64,000 nt of DNA from Azolla caroliniana (lineage: Eukaryota; Plantae; Polypodiophyta). The DNA lies in NCBI GenBank assembly GCA_043228905.1, contig JBHGNT010000017.1, positions 12,586,001 through 12,650,000 of the forward strand, read 5' to 3'. Every line of letters begins with the position of its first letter. Position 1 is the stretch's first letter. Shown one piece after another: positions 1 through 13,149 of the stretch. A model generated the notes under the pieces. That model was not told where the DNA came from. It saw only the letters and a program-made list of their open reading frames with translations, and ran no database searches. The translations under genes and the position numbers were made by a program.

Positions 1-2816
1 GAGTAGTGGAGACTCCGTCATGCGCTCCCTGCGCAAGGAACCGAGGAGACGGTTCACACGCAAAGAGAAGGGGAAGAAGAAGATGCCGGAATTCGAAACC
101 AGCAACGATGAGTCGGATCGGTGTGCATCCGACTCCGGCAAGGAGAAAGGCGGATCTTCGGCAACGAAGACCGAACCGGCGAAGAAGGGCCTCAAACCGG
201 GTAACAGTGAGTTACGCCGGTCCACCCGCCAGAAGGATCCTGTCAAGTGGTACGGGTACAATGAGTACATGACGCATCACTATGCGTACATGACTAAGGT
301 AGCAGAACTATGTGAGCCGAAGAGCTACACAGAAGCGGCAAAGGACGCCAATTGGCGTGCCGCTATGGAGGAAGAAATGCGGGCACTTGATGTCAACGAG
401 ACATGGGACCTAGTTGACCCTCCCCGTCACTGTAAACCGATCGGATGCAAGTGGGTGTACAAGGTAAAGTACAACGTCGACGGTTCAGTTAACCAGTACA
501 AGGCCCGGTTAGTGGCGAAAGGATATGCGCAGACCTATGGAATCAACGACGACGAAACCTTCACTCCAGTAGCGAAGATGACGACGGTTTGTGTGGTGCT
601 GGTGGTTGCTACAGCAAGGGGGTGGCATCTTCACCAGATGGATGTGAAGAATGCGTTTCTTTAGGGTGATCTTGAAGAAGAAGTCTTTATGACTCAACCC
701 CCCGATTTTCAATCGGAGATGAACAAGTTGGCGGTATGCCGGCTGAAGAAGTCATTGTACGGCCTAAAGCAAGCCCCTCGAGCTTGGAATGCGAAGATCA
801 CGCACCGATTGCGTAAGATGGGGTTTGCAGCCTCCAAGTCTAACTCTTCGTTATTCATCCGACAAGGCTCAGCCTATCCTGTTGTATGTTGATGATTTAG
901 TCATCACCAAACCGGGTCTTCCAGAAGTCAACCACGTCAAGTCCCAGTTGTCAGACGCATTTGAGATGAAGGACCTAGGGGACCTTCATTATTTTCTTGG
1001 AATCGAGGTGATCCGAACTCCCGACGGCATTTGCTCTCACAACGACATTACGTCTTGAATATGTTGTACAAGTTCAGCATGACAGAATGCCGACCTTTCT
1101 CCACACCCTTGGACCGGAACCAGAAGCTTCGTCCCAACTCCGGACCGGCCTGCAACGAGCAACGGTTCCGACAAATTGTCGGAAGCCTTATTTACTTGAC
1201 TATCACACAACCCGACATCAGCTATCTAGTCGGAATGATAAGTCAGTTCATGAATAAGCCGACCGTGGACCACCTTCAGTGCGAGCAGCGGATACTGTGA
1301 TATGTAAGCGACATGAAGGACCAGGGCATGTTATACCGGCGCGGTATACCCGAAGAGCTGGTCGGTTACACATATGCTGACTGGGCCGGCGATGCATCAG
1401 ATCGCCGAACAACCTCCGGTTACATGTTTTCCCTAGGTAGCGCGGCTGTTGCGTGGAGCAGCAAAAAGCAGCCAACAATTGCTCTGTCGAGCACTCAGGC
1501 TGAGTATCGAGGCACTACCATTGCCACCTGTGAAGCTTCGGCGATTGCTGCAAGACCTACGGATCGAGGTACCGACCCCGATTCTGGTCTACTGCGACAA
1601 CATAAGCAGCATGTAACTCGCCAGGAACCCCGTATTCCATGCTCGCACAAAGCACATAGAAGTGCACTATCACTTCGTGCGTGACCGTGTCTTGAGCGGT
1701 GAGGTCGAACTTCGGTATGTTCACATGGATCGGCAAGTTGCCGACATCTTCACCAAACCGCTCAGATCGGACAAGTTGCAGCACTTCACCGAAATGCTTG
1801 GTGTTCAGCATCTCGACGTGCCACACTTGAGGGGGAGAACAGGCAAAGACACGGGCAAAGACACTGGAACGGGCAAAGGCAAAGAGACTACTGATTGTGC
1901 CTGTGAGGGAAGAACCGACAAAGAGAGTGTCAAGAAGAAGAAAGGAGCCGAGTCGATAAGGGAAGTCGACACGTCCGAACAAGTTGGAACAAGCGGTAGC
2001 AGCGGCAGAGTCAAGAAGGACAGAGCCAACCGAAGGAAGAAGGCCAAGACCCAGACATGGTCTGATGTGGTGAAGGGCCTGGAACCAGAAGAAGAATCGG
2101 GAGCAACCAATTCGGACAAGAGCTGGAGAACCGAATCAATTCAAGACCAAGAGGACGAGAAGGCAGCGAAAGTCGACGCCAACACGAAGGGATCGGCGAA
2201 CCGGAATGCGTCGAAGTCACAGCAGCAAGGGAGCTGAATTGGGCCAGTTGAGCAGACAAGCCAACCGAGGAAGTCGAGGTGCGCAGAACAAGAGGGGTCG
2301 TGGCAAACAGAACCGGACCAGACGAGGAGCGCGAGCAAGGCGGAACGACGCCAGGAGAAGTCGGTTGGAAGAACCGACTGCCATAGAGGCTGACACTAGG
2401 ATCCAACCTCAAGTTGAGCATGAGGGGGAGTGTTGAGTGGCAAGCTCAACTGGAGCCGGATCGGCTGGATAAGCCTGAGCTGGCAAGCGAGACAAATCGG
2501 TAAGCTGGTGAGCAACCGAGCCGGCAAGCAACAGATCCGGTTAGCCAGATCCAATCGGTAACCGGAAGCCTAGTATTAGTTTAGACTACTAGGCAGTTAT
2601 AGTCTTGTAGTAAGTGTCAGATGCTCGTGTGAGCATTGAAGTACGCGATACTTTTGTCAGTCCCACAAGGACTTGTATAAATAGTGCTACTGAGCACAGT
2701 TGTATTGACAGAGTGTTTATATCGTTTTTGAATATAGCTTTTATGTTATGCTCTCTCTGTCTCTCCCGTGTACTCTGTGTATTCTCTGCTTTCTCTGTTT
2801 TCTAACGCTTCCGCAA
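1..2816 (+). mobile_element. Ty1/copia retrotransposon, 3' part (RT-RNaseH, 3' extension, PPT, truncated 3' LTR), degenerate
   Basis: ORF pieces contain CKWVYKVK, YKARLVAKG, QMDVKNAFL, SLYGLKQAPRAW, YVDDLVI, DWAG and ADIFTKPL, with stops and frameshifts. PPT tgagggggag is at 2421-2430 and the LTR starts TGTTGAG at 2431. Confidence 0.95.
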
Positions 2817-5449
2817 GTAATCGTTTGCACGATTGGATGAAGTCATCGAACTTCTTGTACCACTGTCGGGGTGCCTGTTTCAGGCCGTAGACACTCTTCC
2901 TGAGTCAACAGACTAGATGTTCTTGGCCGAATGCCACAAAGCCTTTCGGCTGCTCCATATAGATTTCCTCTTGTAGGTCACCGTGGAGGAATGTCGTTTT
3001 TACATCTAACTGAATCAGCTCCAAGTTGTCGATGGCCACGACGCCGAGTATGAAACGAAGGGTTGTCATTTTCACCACTGGTGAAAAGATTTTGTCAAAG
3101 TCGACGCCATATTCTTGTTGAAATCCCTTCACAACTAATCTGGCCTTGTACTTTGGGTTTGTTGAGTCGGACGTCTCTTTTAGTCAATAGACCCACTTGC
3201 ATGGAAGAGCACGTCGATTCTTCGGTAATTCGACCAAGTCCCAAGTCTTGTTTGCGCGAATGGAGTGCATTTCCGACTCCATCACCAAATGTCGATGCTT
3301 CTTCGTAAGACGTCGGTTCGCCAGCGTCGGTAAAGAAAATTCCGAGAGAGTACCTCTCCGGAGGTTGCGATGGTCTCTCGGACCGGGTGTCGATGTCGGA
3401 TGGTCGGGAGCCGAGCCATTCGGTTGTGCCGAATCGGTGGATTCGGTGCAAGAGTTGTCGGTTACCTGTGAAACCGATCTTATGTTGTTGGCTGGGCCGT
3501 CAAGAAGGGTTGGCACTTCGGAAAATATTACCCTTCGGACTTCAATAGGCCTTTTCGGCCGTTTTATGCATAGCTGACTCATTGAACACGATGTCCGAAC
3601 TTCGGACGATTTGTTTGTGCTCGGGGTCCCAAAGTCAGTATCCGATCTTGCCGTCGGGTCCATACCCAAGGAAAACGCATTTCCTTGATCTTGGTTCGAG
3701 TTTCCGACGATCCTCTTTCGGTATGAGGGCGTATGCCTCGCAACCGAAGTTCTTCAGCTTGTCATAATTCCGCTTACTGCCGGTCCATATTTCCTGAGGT
3801 ATTTGAAGTCCTAGAGGTCTACTTGGCGACATATTTATTATGTGTACTGTCGTAAGTAGAGCCTCCGCCCAGAAGCCATCCGACAGTCCGGAATGTTGGA
3901 CATATTTATTCTTGAATCGTCTGATTCATGCGTTCTGCAATTCCGTTCTGCTCCGGACTATAAGGTGCCGTATATTCACATCGAATGCCGCGTTCCCGGC
4001 AAAATTTGACGAATTCTTCAGACTTGATTTCTCCTCCGTTATCGGTTCGGAGACATTTCAGTTTCCGACTGGTCTTATTTTCGACCATTGCAAACCATTC
4101 GGAGAAGATCGAGAACACCCGATCTTTGGTTCTAATGGGGTAAGCCCACACCTTCCGAGTCGAGTCGTCAATAAAATTGATGAAGTACGAAGCACCACCG
4201 AGAGACCGATGTGGCATCGGGCCACAGACGTCCGAGTGGACCAAATCGAGTGGGCTCGATTCTCTTGGTGCTAATGTCGGGTGTGATGCGGCTACCTGTT
4301 TGCCATACTGGCAATGCTCGTAGAATTGGTGATCTGAGATGGAGAGTTTGGGGATGTAACCGGCTCTGGATAGGTGCGTTATGCCGACCTTGCTGAGGTG
4401 TCCAAGTCGTCTGTGCCATAACGATGACACAGGGATATCAACCAACAATAAGTCACCCTCTTTGAGTGTGACATATAAAGGATACAAGGAATGTACCTTT
4501 GGTCCTCGAGCAAGCAGGAGGTTCCCTTTGTGGAGTGTCCACCCTCCTAATGAGAATCCGGCACGGATGCCGGCTTCGTCAAGCTGTCCGACTGAGATCA
4601 AGAGTCTTGAGAGCTCAGGAACGTGTCGAACGTTGTGTAGTACGAGTGTAGAGCCACCCGAAAGGTTGAGCTCTACGGTGCTGATTCCGATTATAGCAAA
4701 GTGCTACAAGTTTCCGACTCGAACTGAGTCGGAGTGCCGGTCCGAGTATTGCCAACACTGAGATCGGTGAGGTGTCACATGATATGATGCGCCCGAGTCC
4801 AGGATCCATGTGCTCGATTCCTCAATCGTAAGCAGAACTTCTGATTCGACTGGGTTCTCTATGGACAATATGTTCGAGTCAGTCGTCAAAATTTCGACTG
4901 AAGAGCCGACGTAGTTGACCTCCTCATGCCGGCTACTCTTCTGATCCGCTCTTTGAGCTTTCTCTGTTTTTGCTTTGAGTGCCCGGTAGTCGGCTTTGAT
5001 GTGTCCCGGTTTCTTGCAGTAGTTGCAAATTCTGTTGTCCCGGGACTTGCTCCGACTTGCGGTCAGGAAGAACTTCTTCCCTGATTGTTTGATCGATCGG
5101 TCAAACCTTGTACTACGTAAGCTTCATCTACCGAGTCTTTGGCGAAAGACTTTCTCCGAGCTGCTTCAGTCAGGATTCACTCGTGACTTCGGAGTACTTA
5201 ACGGCAGCTGTTGAAGCATTGCACACGGTTGTAACAAAAGTTTCCCATGAAGAGGGGAGACTACTCATGAGTATCATTGCTCTGAGTTCATCCTCGATTG
5301 TCGTCCCCTGTTGTTGGGGTGGGGAGTGAAGCCTAGAATGGCTTCACCCCCCTCCCAAGGGGGTTACGATGGGGAGAGAGCTAGAGAGAGAGACAAATAG
5401 GAAATGACACAAATGTGAGAGGGGAAAATTGTATGTCTCATTACATACC

Positions 5450-6212
5450 TGTTGGAAGACAGGTCCCTCCGGATGGGAAGGGAGAAGAACAGTGCCGACG
5501 AACAAACTCGGCCGAGGCCGATAGGCCGAGGCCGAAACGGTATGAACCGGATGGGGAGAACCCGACTTCGGAGAGTCAGATGGTGTAGGCCCGGTATGAA
5601 CCGGATGAGGAGTACCCGACTGCGGAGAGTCGGATGGTGTAGGCCCGGTATGAACCGGATGAGGAGTACCCGACTGCGGTGAGTCGGATGGTGTAGGCCC
5701 GGTATGAACCGGATGAGGAGTACCCGACTGCGGAGAGCCGGATGGAGCCCATCGAGGCTACATTTGTAAATAGCCGAAAAGTCATATTAGTATAAATATG
5801 ACTTAGGGCAAATTTTTTAGTAACTGTTGTCATTCTTGTTGTTATTCTTTCTTGTTGGTGCAAGAAGAAATCAGAGCGCGTAACTGTACAGAAAAAGAGA
5901 GAGAGAGAGAAAAGAGAGAGAGAGACGAGGTCGTTGCCTCTGTTGTAACCGCCGCCTGTGGCGAAGATCTGAGAACACGAGGTCGTTGCCTCAGTGATCT
6001 CACTGTTATATATTTCTGCATAGTGACAGTTTGCAGCTCGTGGGCTGCCGTGGTTTTTCCCCTATTTTGGGGTTTTCCACGTATACCTCCTGTGTACCAT
6101 TTCTCCTCTTCTTTTTTCTTTTGTGTCGCGTTTCATTACCTGTTTTTCTGTGTATGAAAAGAATCTCGGTTGTCGCCGAGCGTCGGACATAAGGAACGTC
6201 GAGTTCCCAACA
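5450..6212 (+). mobile_element. Solo LTR (Tork/Tnt1-like copia family) with perfect 5-bp TSD ATACC
   Basis: Termini TGTTGG...CCAACA, with ATACC at 5445-5449 and 6213-6217. Similar to the LTRs at 29700-30334 and 33277+. Confidence 0.92.
5539..5745. repeat. 54-bp tandem repeat (~3.8 copies) inside the solo LTR
   Basis: ggtatgaaccggatg recurs at 5539, 5593, 5647 and 5701. Confidence 0.9.
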
Positions 6213-6696
6213 ATACCCCATAGGGGGTTTATATAATACATCGAATGTAACGGTTACATGACCGTTATAAATAAGACCATTACACATTCTCGTACACATT
6301 CACATAATTGTGCATGTGTCCATGCTTTCGTACTTGTTGAGGTGTGCCTGAACCGAATCGGATTCTTTCATCCGCAAGTTGTAGAGGCGCCGGATCAGAT
6401 ACATCTTCGTTGCAGCGACCTTCTTTTCATAAGTTTCCGACAGTGTTTTCCAATGTTCAAAAGTTGTCGTGCATGATCGCACTATGAAGTACACTGACTC
6501 CGACAAGTGCATCTGAATCGTGGCGCGGACAATTCTGTCTAGCTTTAGCCACTCGTTTGCCTTGTATGCTTCTAGAGGATTTTCATTCTCAATCGGGTCT
6601 ATCTGACCCTTGACGATGAGATAGTCCTGCATTTGTTCCTTCTAGAAGTTGAAGTTCGAACCGTCGAACCTCCTTAGACTCATCTCCGATGAGCCG

Positions 6697-6916
6697 GATG
6701 TTGATGCCATTTTCTTCGGTTTCGGTTGGTAAGATTTGGTTCGGAGTTGACTACGAACCTTAGTGGGGTGCAGTGGGTCGGCTCACCCGGCATCATTCTA
6801 GTCGGCAGATGTTGATGCCATTTGCTTCGGTTTCGGTTGGTAAGATTTGGTTCGGAGTTGACTGCGAACCTTAGTGGGGTGCAGCGGGTCGGCTCACCCG
6901 GCATCATTCTAGTCGG
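6697..6916. repeat. 111-bp tandem duplication in the copia 5' leader/gag N-terminal region
   Basis: gatgttgatgccattt...cattctagtcgg at 6697 and 6808, nearly identical. Confidence 0.9.
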
Positions 6917-7592
6917 TTTTGAACCCGAGTTGGTTTGGTTTCAGATACTTGTTGCTGAACTTGCTTGGAGTGACTCCGGTAACTTGAGGGACAAAACCGG
7001 CTGGCTAGTCTTCCCGAATGGTGCCGAGTCGGAGTGAGCCCGGTTAGCTTCCGATTGTATGCTGAATATTGATTACAAGAAACCGATTGTTTGGGCCGAT
7101 TCTGCTTCGGATGACTGCAGCGATGAGAGGGACGGATCCAACTGATCCTCCCGAATGTCGATCAGCCGAGTAAAGCATGAATTTGGTTGTGGCCTGGAGA
7201 CCAATTTGCAGCGGGTGGTTACAACAAGCGGGTGAATAGCATCCGGTGACCTATTCAGATGTCGTTTAACTTAATGAAGCACGATTGGGTCAGTTTTTGT
7301 ACAAGGAGCTCCCCTCAAGTGGTTACAATCACAGGAACAGAGTACAACCGGCTAGCTTACTCCAATTTGTGATTTAACACAGTGAGATGCGAGCTTTTGT
7401 TTTTCTTCTCCCTTCTCTGTTCTTCAAAGAAAACGAAAACAGAATGTTGTGTGTACTATGATGGCCAGCAGCAGGTTGAAGAACCTCCAACGCTCTGATA
7501 CCAAATGTTGGGGAACAAGGCCATCAATGCGGAAGTGCAAGCAACATTCATGATGAAGAATAACCTGTGTATGCGCATGAGCAAGATAGACA

Positions 7593-7637
<45 letters not shown>

Positions 7638-7840
7638 GCACAAAGAAGACTTTATATTTCTTAGCAACAATTACAACAACAACAACAACCCTTTCTAAAG
7701 GTTACAAAGTCACTTTATATAGTGACTGTCCTAGGGCAACTGCCCTTTATGCTATTTACAGAGATAGCCCAAACTTGGGTTGTCCAAAGGGACAGTGTGA
7801 ATACGGCCATTATACACTCGTATTCAACAAGAACTACTAG

Positions 7841-9080
7841 TGTTCCGGATACGACAACTAGAAGGAAGACCCGAAGACATAGTAGAAGCAGTGCACCGAC
7901 AACAAGAAGCGCGATTTCGGAACAAACATTGATTCGATAAAAAACACCGAATTAAACCGCGGATGATAGAAGAAGGGGATTGGGTGATAGTCTATGACAG
8001 TAGTCTGGATCATCAACACAGCTCAATATGGAAATTTGCTAAAAGGTGGTTCAGACCATACGAAGTTCGAAAAGCATTCGATAATGGAACTTACCGGCTA
8101 AGTGAGCTAGATGGCACAATTCTTCAAGTGCCTATAGCGGGAAAGCGGGTGAAGATTTGAAAGAAGCGAATTGATGACAAACCCTACGCAGTCTTAGACA
8201 AGCCCAACAAAAAGGAGCAATCGGATAACAATCACGAAGGTGCAGAACGCGAGGAAAGTGAGTTGGATTTAATAATCGACATAGGGGAACAGACAAAGGG
8301 TGCTTCGGATGAAGAAGAGCAACAAGCAAGTACCGGAAACTTTCGCACATACCGGAGGATGTGCAGGTTCGGAGGGGGTGAGTGTCGTAGTGTACTTTGT
8401 ACACTACGTAAAATATCTGTGGAGTACCCGATTGACTAAGTATAAGGAAATAGGCAAAAATACTACAATAAATATGTTACATGCATAGGGCAAGATTTGA
8501 ACCTTGTACCTCCATGTTAATGATTTTAAGCCTTACCATTGTACTAGCATATTATGAGTTTTAACGTTATATTAAACTTTATCCCATGTAAATATTCTAG
8601 ATAAGCATGATAGAAAAAAAAAATTATTCATGCATACACACTCGAGTTAAATGAAAAGGTCTGATAAAAAACTAATCATGCACATGTAGTGTCCATGAAC
8701 AATAGAGTTAGAAAAAAAAGAATGAGGCTTGCATGTGATAAACTTAGACTCTCCCATCACTATATAAGGATGGGGGAGCAAATTGTAAAGGGTTGTTGTT
8801 GTTATCGATTTTGGGTTTTCTAAAATATTGATTAAATTGATTATGCTTGTGTGATTCATGATATCCTATCTCTCTCTCTTCCAATCTATTGAAAGTTTGG
8901 GTTGATTTCTTGATATTCTTAATACTAATTATACTAATTCACTATACTTGTGAAATTCACGAGATTCCTACCTTCCTCTTTCATATTCTTATTAGCCTTA
9001 AACTTTTCCTCTTCCTAGTCCAAAACCCTAGTGATTCCCACTCGACTCACGCAAACGATCCGACGCTAAAAGGCACAACA
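7841..9080 (+). mobile_element. Ty3/gypsy 3' end: integrase C-terminus, PPT and 3' LTR (8383-9080)
   Basis: EGDWVIVYDSSL...KFAKRWFRPY...GTYRLSELDG. PPT ggagggggtgag is followed by TGTCGTAGTG...GGCACAACA, homologous to the solo LTRs at 38860 and 57483. Confidence 0.88.
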
Positions 9081-10553
9081 CCATTACCCTTGCTCGGACT
9101 TCAAGTGTGTAGACCCAGTTGATATGCGACACAATTTGTACTCTGGTTGCCCATTTGTTGGCCATCTCGTATTCATAAACCTCGAGGAACCGAGTGACAT
9201 CCTCGCCATTAAATTTGTTTATCCTCTCGATGACCATCTGTAGGGTGAGTGTTAACTCACTTTCCATTCAGTTCATCGCACTTTGCTCTTGCAGCATATG
9301 ACTCATCATCGTCATCATGAAAGTTGTCATCTCTTCATTGAAGACCTTATTCGCCATCTTTGTGTTGGCACCGTTGTTTGCCCTCTTCATCGATTTTCCG
9401 ACCTTTTCTTTGGTAGAGTTTAATTCCAAAACTCCCCTTGCCAACGACACTTCACATTGGGTTCATCAAATTTATGTCGTAAAGATTGTGGTTGTGTGTC
9501 GCAATGTCAAGGTTCTCTGACTCGGGGATGATCGGGAGGACAAGGCGCAATCGCAGATGGTGCAATGACAAGAAGCCAAGATGGCAAGATGGAAGCGACG
9601 TTGCTGCGAAAAGAATTTTATTTGTAAAACAACCCACTTACAATATTTATTTGCCAAAAGTTACTTGGCAAAACTTGAACTCAACTCTTCTCCTTTCTTC
9701 GAAGTAAAGCTTATTAAAATCAACCACTTTAACACATTTCTCTTCATATTAATTTAGCTTTCTTCGTCTTTATATTTACTATTTTTATGTTACAAAACTT
9801 GTTTACCAAAAGAAAGTTGCTTTACGTGGACTTGAACTCACAACTTTTATTTACAATAGGGCATTTGAGACATACCACTTCAACTTCTTCATTTTTTTCA
9901 GTTACTTTAACTGCTCTCTTTTCCTTTATACCCACCAAATATATCTTACAGAATTTGTTTGTTGAAAGAACTTATCTTTAGAGGATTCAAACTCACAACC
10001 TTTTATCTACAAAGCGGAGTTTGAGATAAACCACTTCAAACTCTTCCATTACTTGCTTTCCTTTCCTTTTCTTTATCATTTGTCTTGGTTTATGCAAGCC
10101 ACCATCTTCTTGGGCGAGCTTTGCATCCCGCACGCACGCGAGCTTCCTTACTCGCTTTCTCTTCTTCTTCTTTTCCCTTTAGCCACCATGGGGGTGGCTT
10201 TTATGTGGGGGTCAACTGCCTAGCCACACTCTTGTCAACCGCCTCATGCAAGGGCGGTTATTTTTAGTTATTTTAATTATTTATTTACAAATTCTATTTT
10301 ATACTTTTACAATTGATCAACTACAAAATCTCTTTCATTTAATTTCGAACCCCTTTTTGATATAATTACATGTGTGTCCTAAGTGATCAAAAAGGTAACT
10401 TTAATCTTTCCGGAGGTTGTATCCTGGGCATCTGAACTCCAATTCACGAATCGAAAATTCCGACATGTTCCTTGTCATAAGCTCTAGATGGGAAATGTCT
10501 TTCTATAGATTTTTAAAAAAAAATTGACATCTTGAAGCATCAACTTCACGACA
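9081..10553 (-). mobile_element. Ty3/gypsy 5' end: LTR 9475-10553, degenerate tRNA-Trp PBS 9451-9468, gag fragment
   Basis: gag-like INKFNGEDVTRFLEVYE; PBS variant ttcacattgggttcatca; LTR termini tgtcg/cacgaca; flank ACGG. Confidence 0.8.
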
Positions 10554-13145
10554 ACGGTCGGCTTGTCTACTGCTTTGGCCCAAGTCAGTTTCATCGTTGT
10601 CGTTGTGTTGGCGCCCCTTGACCCATCGACTTTTTCTTGTTAGCGTCAGCTTCGACTGCTTTCTTGTCCTCTTGGCTAATTGATTCAGCTCCTACGAATC
10701 GAACATCTTGATTGAATCGGCTTCCGATTCACTTTGACTGTTGACCGAATCGGTTGTCTCCGATTCGTCCTCTTTCCAGCCCTTGACCACATCTACCCAT
10801 GTCTTGGTCTTGGCCACCGCTCAGTTAGCTAGATATCCTTTTCAACTCTGCCGCCCTTCTTGCCCTTCTCAGCTTCACCTACCCTTGGTTCGGTTGGCTC
10901 TAGCTTCGGCTCTGCATGTGGCTAGTCTTTGCTTAGCCGAATTTCTTCCACCTATCCATGCGTCCTCAGCTTCTCCAACCGATCCGGACGTTCAAACTTC
11001 TTTAGTCATGCCGAAATTGAATTCTTCATCCAATTCGGCTTTTTGGACTTCGTCCCTCTCCTTTTCGGTTGCACGTCTCCCCCTCATGTTCGGCATATTG
11101 AGGTGTTGTATGCCAAGGATGCCCCAGAACTGCCACAACTTGTCTCGGCCGAGAGGTTTGGTGAAGATGTCGGCCCCCTACCAATCAGTTGAAACATACA
11201 CAAGTTCGACTTCACTAGAGAGGGTACCTCGATGTGCTTTGTCCATACGTGGAAGACAGGGTTCTTCATGAGTTGGATGTTGTTGAGGTTGTCACAGTAT
11301 ATCACTGTCGGCTCGGACACATCTACATGTAGATCCTTCAACAACCTTTTGAGCCAAATGGCTTCGCATGTAGCGACAACCACCCCTCGATACTCGGCCT
11401 CAGTGCTCGACAGTGCCACTGTTAGATGCTTTTTACTACTCACGACGCTTCCCAATGAAAACTCGAATCCAGATGTTGGCCTATGATCATCGGCGTTTCC
11501 GGCCCAATCGACATCCGTGTAGCCGACTAACTCCTCAACTACTCCTACCCGATACAGCAATGCCTTATCCTTTGCACATTGAAGGTGTTCAGCTTGGCTG
11601 TGACATGAATTGACTGATCAAGTCGACCAGATAATTGAGGTCCGGCCGAGTGATCAACAAATAAATGAGGCTCTCGACAATCTGTCGGAACCGTGTCAGG
11701 TCACACGTTGTTCCCGAATTTTGGTGAAGCTTCTCGTTTCTATCAAGAGGGGTTGAGATAGACTTACAATCCACCATCCTGAACTTCAAGAGCATATTGA
11801 GCACATAATGGCGTTGGCTGATCAATATGCCCTCGGGGGTTCGAATCACTTCGATCCTAAGGAAGTAATGAAGCTCCTCTAGATCCTTCATTTCGAATGA
11901 TGTTGCAAGCTAAGACTTTACTTGACCGATTTCTTTGAGGTCGGCATTGGCGATGACTAAATCATCAACATATAGCAGAATGCTAATCGGTCCGGTCCGA
12001 CTCAGTTGAATGAACAATGAAAAGTCTGATTTCGATGGAGCAAATCCCATCCTTCGCAACCTTTGTGTGATCTTCGTGTTCCAGGCATGCAAGGCTTGCT
12101 TGAGTCCATATAATGACTTCTTCAATCGGCAAACTGCTGATGTGTTTCGTTCGGATAGAAATCTGGGGGGTTGTACCATGTACACTTGTTCCTCAAGATC
12201 ACCTTGTAGGAACACGTTCTCTACATCCATTTAATGTAAGTGCCACCCCTTTGCCGCTCCTAAGGCCAGCAATACATTTAGAGTTGTCATCTTCACAACC
12301 AGCGCGAAGGTCTTGACATCCTAATCAATGTTGTGTTTTTGCGCGTAGCCCTTCGCCACTAATCAAGACTTATATCGGTTGACCGAACCGTCAATGGTGT
12401 ACTTGACCTTGTACACCCACCTGCATCCGATTGGCTTCACAAACTTGGGGGCGTCAACCAGGTCCCAAGTCTCGTTCTCCGTAAGCGCGTGCATCTCGTC
12501 CACCATAGCGGCATGCCAATTCGCATCCTTCAATGCTTCTGCATAGCTCTCTGGTTCACGCACATTTTCAACCTTTGCCATATATGCATAATGATGTGCC
12601 ATATACTCATTATACCTGTACTGAATTATGGGATTCTTCTAGCAAGTGGATCGGCGTAACTTCTAGTTCGCCGATTTCATTGCCCTCTCGGCCGACTTTG
12701 ACCTCATCTTCAGAGGTTCCTCTTTGCTCCTGGCCACATCGAATTCACTTCAATCCGATGTGTCGGCCTCACTGCCGTATTCTGGCATCTTCATTTTCCC
12801 CTTCATCCGATATAGTGTAATCGGCCACAAACAAATCTTTGTTCCAAACATTACTCAGCTCCTGTCTGAGCTGCAACTTCCTAGTCGTTTTGCTCGCGAA
12901 GAAAATCCATTTGAGATTCTCCCACACTTCTTTTGGCGTCTTGGTATCCCAAATGTAGCTCAAAAGCTGGTCACCAACACAACACGAAATGCAGTACATC
13001 ACCCTACTTGCCACCGGCTCCCAGGTCAGAAAGTCTTTGTGTTTCGAATCTGGGGCTGCCTCATTTGCTCCTATGATGTAATTCCAGTACTCGTGCCCAA
13101 GTAGGTACTAGTGCATCTTGTAAGACCAAGATGCATAGTTGCTCT
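10554..13145 (-). mobile_element. Ty1/copia copy with internal deletion (gag fused to pre-RT region), RT-RNaseH, degenerate
   Basis: The gag start (NYASWSYKMH, ~13140) and KLQLRQEL are joined directly to the pre-RT linker at ~12815. RT and RH motifs are present. Same family as 1-2816. Confidence 0.9.
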
Positions 13146-13149
13146 TGAA

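Larger units (their letters stand above)
5312..6322 (-). mobile_element. Truncated LTR-like insertion in copia gag, itself interrupted by a solo LTR
   Basis: Non-coding block breaking the gag frame. It starts tgttgggg on + (ends ccccaaca on minus) and has a TATA-like tattatataaa on minus once the nested solo LTR is removed. Confidence 0.5.
2817..7840 (-). mobile_element. Ty1/copia element (partial 5' LTR, PBS, gag, PR, INT, partial RT), degenerate, interrupted at ~5312-6322
   Basis: iMet PBS (gctctgatacca on +) at 7492-7503, LTR end at 7506. Motifs: gag MQDYLIVKG, protease WILDSGASYH, integrase HSDVCGP...LRTDNGGE...QNGIAER, RT QLDVKTTFLHGDL. Confidence 0.93.

Noticed and set aside
5539-5745. 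Regularly spaced repeats resembling a CRISPR array
   Set aside because: The units are head-to-tail without unique spacers, lie inside a solo LTR, and the context is eukaryotic with no cas genes.
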